From positions 1-64,000 of the forward strand of contig JAQGDQ010000439.1 of NCBI GenBank assembly GCA_030141605.1: a stretch of 64,000 nt of DNA. The letters are read 5' to 3'. The notes below the pieces were generated by a model. The model was not told where the DNA came from and made no database searches. It worked only from the letters and a program-made list of their open reading frames with translations. The stretch comes from Tubiluchus corallicola. Taxonomy: Eukaryota; Animalia; Priapulida. Positions 58,753 through 64,000 of the stretch are shown piece by piece (within the stretch, counting starts at the first letter, position 1; every line of letters begins with the position of its first letter). Made by a program: the position numbers and the translations under genes.

Positions 58753-61700
58753 TACACAGAGATACAATAATAAAAATTGTACGTAATTTTAAATATAAAG
58801 TAAAGGTATGCAGTGTCCTTAAAGTTATAGATTCAAAATTCATAAACAAGCTACATTAAAAGAAGCATCAAAAACATTGCTGTTGCATATTAAGAAAAAC
58901 AAAATGAAAATGAAAGATAACACGTACTGTGTTTAACAAACCAAATTAAAAGTTAAAAATATTGTTTTACACTGAAACTCAAATTTAGACTTACACAAAC
59001 CAGTAAAACTTGAAACGTCACTTCTTGGATCCCAAACCGAAAAATTCAACTTCATAAAGGGCTCGAGGCCAATTGGCTAATGAGGTATATGCGCCCGCTA
59101 ATGACAAATAATGCGCGAACGTTCTACCAAATGCACAAACAATAAAAATGACATTTTCAATCCAGGAACAAGAAGAAATTTGAAATTCTGAAAATCTACA
59201 AAGCTTCCGTATTTACTGTGTCTCAGTTCCAGGATTAATGCTGAATGCGTCCAATATTTCATCTGGTTTGTTTGCAGTTTTGCAGATAATCTTACTATTG
59301 TAGGCGGAAAGAACAATACGTTAGCTCTACGTTTGCGTTTTTAGATTAATTTCTTATTAAGTTAAATTTTGAATTACATGTTGTTACTGAATCAGTAATA
59401 TAAACACTTGAAGGAATAAGTGAATGAACGAACGGATGAACAAACGAATGAACCAACCAACAATTGGGAGCACGTTTGAAAAAATGAACAAACAAGTAAA
59501 CAAATGAACAAACGAATGAATGAATAAAAAATTAAACAAATAATTATGAGAGTGTAACCATACAATCCAGTTATATACTTTTTACATGTTGCAGTTCAGC
59601 TCACTTCAAGCCGGCATTTAGCACTTTATGTAGATTCTACTAATGTTGACTGCTAGGACTGGACCGGATTCTAGCTAACTATAGACAGATGATCCAGCAT
59701 TTAAACACCCAGGCCCAATGTTGTTTAACTTCATAACCAGGTCTACACCGTGTCATTCAGTATTTTAATACGCCATTGATAGTTTGTATATCATATCTTT
59801 ATCTGATGTTGGATAATTTGAATTGTCCAGTCACTGGACGCTGTTATTTGTTTGTCATAGTACACTAGCACCACTAAGATGTAAACCAGTAAAAATGTGT
59901 CATGGTGATTTCACATTGTTTATTTATGGTGGCCTGGCCCACTCTCAGTTTTTTCTTTAACCAGCTAGGACTTAAGTTGGGTCAACAATGGCATTAAGTC
60001 AACACCGGACCAAGATGCAATTACAATGGCATTGAGACTGACTTAGATGAATGGAAACTCATCATCGTAGTTGTCATAATAATCATTCAATTGTAGATAA
60101 TCATCGTCACTGACACAAATCATCATCATCATCATCACCACCACCAAATGTCATGGCCACCACTTTCACCACAACCATTGCAGGTGCTGTTTCTGCTGTC
60201 ACCGCTACCATCATCAACATATCATCAACGACGATGGCAGGCTTAACAAGTCAAAAAGTATCTACAGGCTGCTGGGGGTTGCTAATAGAACTGGCTGAAC
60301 AAAATAGAGAAGAGAATGCACCATAAAACATTGACGCTGTTTCCTAAAGTTTTTAATAAATTCTGGAATAGAGAAAAAGCAGAAAGATGATGGTGATGAT
60401 GCGGGAAAAAGACATATCCATGAGCTGAACAGAAGAACTAAAGAGTTAGATGAAAAGTATGGTAAAGTGGTTGAGCTTAAAGAAACAAAAGAAATAAATA
60501 AAATAAGAAAATCAGATGGAAGAAGACGATGAGAAGTAAAATTTAACAATGCATAAAAAGTCTCAACCGAGAATACAATTAAAAAGGAAACTTAGGTTTG
60601 TGAGTAACTATAGAGATGGTAAAGCCAAGAAGTACGTACATGTAATGAAACCGGAGAAGGCAGATTTTGAAGTAAGTTTAAACTATATGACGTTTAAACG
60701 TAATTACAAAAGTTGTTGTGTAAAAAGAGAATCATACTGCAGAGCATGTATTGAAAGGCAGAGTGACGAGAAAAGTAAAGAAACAATAAAATCTGAAAAG
60801 GCAGCAGGATTATGGAAAATAATCAACCGTATCCAAATGACATTAGATCTAAGAAAACGAAGTGGTGCCCGGGCAGTGGGATTTCCATGAGCATCACTTT
60901 TTCCTTTACCTTTTCTTCATAGCTTACAATTGTCAGTGTTGCTTTGTTTTTTTTTTACTTTTTGGTTTTTCTTGTTGATTTCATTTGCATTGACTTTTTT
61001 CAAAATTGTTTCTTTATTTATTTACTTTTGTAATTTTTACCATTATCTTTTTGGCCTTTAACACTATTATTTTATTGCTGTTGCCTTTTTTACATATTTC
61101 CTTTTTTGTGTGCTCCCGAATTTGATCACAGACAAAAATTTGTATTCTGCCATTTCATCGTTCTCTGCAGACACGTATGACTTTTCTCAATATCTCATTA
61201 GCACTGTCATGTCACGCGTTCTGTGCAAATACAGTAGCCTTGTAATTTTCGCATTATGGCTTGGTGTAGTAATTACATAGTATTGCACAAGGTATAATTG
61301 TTGGCAGGTTTCACTTTTCACTAGCACTTGTGTAAATTGCCTGCTAGTGCTAATAACAACAGCAATCATGCCGTCTTGCGATTCATTTTCCAAATGGCAG
61401 TACATGAGCTGCGGTAATAAGTTTAGCTTTCTGGCCTATAGAGCTGTTATGTGATTAAGCAATGGAATCGATAATAACTTTCAGTCTCTAACCCAAAGTC
61501 TCAGACTAGTTTACCAACAGCGTTAATTTTCTATCGTCTCTCTTGTCTCTCAACTTATAAAGTTTTTATGAGTTATATGTCGTTTTGAAAGAGCTACAAT
61601 ACCAAAAGCACGTTTTTCAACAATAAATGCCTTTACACACCCCTTGGTAATATAATAATTGCGGTATTTCTTGCTACAACGTCTCTTTATAACAACAATA

Positions 61701-61830
61701 TTTGCTACTCAAACAGTAGCAATAAACACGGACTTCCACGTTGAGCAAATACTGGGTTGTTTAGTGTGTCGGTCTGGCTAGGCGAAACAAAAAGTGTTTG
61801 CACGAAAAACTCATTTATTACTCTTAAGAA

Positions 61831-62078
61831 TGCATGAATGGAAAATGAACTTGTTTCTTTCAAAAATGCATGAATGGAAAATGAACTTGTTTCTCTCAAA
61901 AGTACATGAATGGAAAATGAACTTGTTTCTTTCAAAAGTGCATGAATGGAAAATGAACTTGTTTCTCTCAAAAGTACATGAATGGAAAATGAACTTGTTT
62001 CTTTCAAAAGTGCATGAATGGAAAATGAATTTGTTTCTGTCAAAAGTGCATGAATGTAAAATGAGCTTGTTACTCTTT
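61831..62078. repeat. 36-bp minisatellite, about 7 units
   Basis: TGCATGAATGGAAAATGAACTTGTTTCTTTCAAAAG units start at 61831, 61867, 61903, 61939, 61975, 62011 and 62047. Confidence 0.97.
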
Positions 62079-62989
62079 ACATTTCATGTATGGTTACGAA
62101 CTTGCTATCCCCAATAGAGTGTGCATAAGAAACTAACTTGTTGCTACGAAGTGCATGCATTAGGAACATACTTGTAACACTTTTTGAGTGCGTACTTGAG
62201 AAACGAACTTTTTACTTTCAAAAATGCACGCACGAGAAACGAACTTATTACAGTGCTCTTAAAAATGCAAGCATTGAAAAATGTAGGTACATTTGAACAG
62301 TATGACCCTTCAGTACGAGTTTCATGTTCTAGTGGTGAAAATAACAAAATTACAAGTTTCTTCTACTTCGACTAAAACTTAGCGCCTTTCATAAAGTGAT
62401 GTTCTTTAATCGCAAAAAGCCAAGCTAACCACTGATTATGGAAAAAGCAGTATAGAGTTATTGTTTAAACGAATTCCGGAGTAAAGGAATTAGTTTGGTT
62501 TAGTATTGCTTTACTATGAAAAAAGTCTGTTACATATGCTATGATAAGACTAGTCTTGAAATAATTTAGTGATCCAAATTATATTATTCCAGTCTTCTTT
62601 GAGAAAAACATTGCAATGCTGCGTTAGTGCATCAGATGAAAACTAATCTAACTTGCGTAATGCAGACAGATCTTTGATCTTATGTATGAATTTTACCTTT
62701 GATCATCTTTTTACAATCATTGGAGCAATAACATTGCATTGCGGTGGGGAGCAAGTTTTGATTTCGCGGACTTTGATGGTGCGTCATACGTTTTTTATAG
62801 AATTCTGCAGTCTGAAAGCCTGGATTAAGCACTCAGTGGCTGAACGTATTTAATGCAGGAACCCGGAAGCAATCTGATTATCAAGTATAATCTTCTAAGA
62901 CCAGACACCCAGCCAGCAGAGGTGTCTTTGTCGTCTTCATGTGCTACATATCTTCCTTCAACAAGCTAAATAGCAATAGGTAGCATAAC

Positions 62990-63270
62990 AGACGAAACTC
63001 CCCAGAAACAGTTTTCTTGGTGGTCGTCCACTCTTTTATTAGGTAGTCTGTACATTGCTTAACTCTGTTCGCCATCACACACAGTGGACGACTCAGCTAC
63101 TGTCATTGCCCCGATAACTCAGTCTGTTCCGTGCATATTTCTTTTGTTATTGTGAGTTAGTGATGTTGAGCCTAATTGTTGTTGAAAATCGCTTGCAGAA
63201 GGTAATCTGCAAGCGATTTTCAATTGGTAAGCAGAAGATCTTGAGTTCAAGTCCCAAGGGAGGTGCATAA
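62990..63270 (+). other. Hairpin-rich, tRNA-derived repeat relic
   Basis: 10-bp inverted pair 63023-63032/63083-63092; A-box-like 63108-63129; perfect 18-bp hairpin 63182-63223; B-box-like GAGTTCAAGTCCC at ~63243-63255. Confidence 0.5.
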
Positions 63271-64000
63271 TTTAGTATTGCTCTCTTGCTCTTATTGGAT
63301 CAAAACGTTTTAGCAGTTCTGAATGTAATAGTTAAGTTCTTGCTTATTTGTTCGTTGTAAATAAGTAAATATCTCAGTATATCAATACCAGGAAATAGCC
63401 ACATTGTTGCAGGTCTTAATCACAGCACAAGTAATTTGTTTGCTCCTGAATTCAATTATTCTGGACAACAGGAATATATTACACCGTTTTTTTAAATAAA
63501 AAATGCTGTTAGCACCTCAACATTATGTTTTGTAACTTTGTAGTACTGATTTAACCTGTGCGTATCATATGCCCATGCGTTTGTTTTTTAACCTGATGCA
63601 CATTTTGGTACGAACGAACAACATTTTGATTCTATGAATGAAACGTTTTTAGGCTGTATTATCTGTCGTTTTGCCTAATTACATTTTAAATAAGCCGTGC
63701 AGACTTTCATTCTATCATTTCTCAACTTGTCTATAAAAGACTTGTGCTAACACTAATAGAAAACCTAGTGTTGTAATTGTGAATGTCAGATGTTGGCGTA
63801 TACAAATTTAAGAATAACTTACTACCAGAATTGTTTCTAAATTACTATACGCCAGCATTTGACATTCACAGTTACAACACTCTGGGTTTTCTACTAGCAG
63901 TTCTTTCTTCATCGAACGCTTTTATACATATAAGGGTCAAAGGTCGTTAAAATATCAGGGATCAATATTATGGAGCTCCCTACCTCATATAACTTCTTTA

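Noticed and set aside
60340-60890. Purine-rich, Lys/Glu-rich reading frames
   Set aside because: Interrupted by stops, with no domain or clear splice structure; compositional bias is a sufficient explanation.
63108-63265. Functional tRNA gene
   Set aside because: The halves are separated by ~95 nt, the D-arm is degenerate and the acceptor stem does not pair; kept only as a tRNA-derived relic.
63933-63946. GGGTCAAAGGTCG nuclear-receptor DR1-like site (reverse form at ~47323)
   Set aside because: This motif is common inside invertebrate repeats and is not supportable as a regulatory site here.

Overview
This is AT-rich, intron-containing animal DNA, most likely from an invertebrate. It is not prokaryotic: I found no CRISPR array, rRNA or intact tRNA. 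I assembled three host genes by hand from GT-AG exons with consistent phases. (1) A minus-strand gene (10025 to 2349, 8 exons found) encodes a signal peptide, Kelch-type beta-propeller repeats and a cytochrome b561 module. Its last exon(s) were not found, and its promoter plus exons 1-2 are duplicated in inverted orientation at 1-1498. (2) A two-exon class A GPCR (13102-14617, +) has unusual signature motifs, and a decayed paralog fragment lies at about 19 kb. (3) The last eight exons of a CAPON/NOS1AP orthologue run 46896 to 35621 (-). Between these lies a young, internally deleted Ty3/Gypsy element (21433-31984). It carries two nested CR1-group LINEs, both in the same orientation and reading frame as pol, giving chimeric ORFs of 758 and 958 aa. 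The rest consists of LINE fragments, a Tc1/mariner relic, MITEs, microsatellites, a 36-bp minisatellite and two possible ribozyme or tRNA-derived relics. All identifications rest on motif recognition by eye; no database search or alignment program was run.
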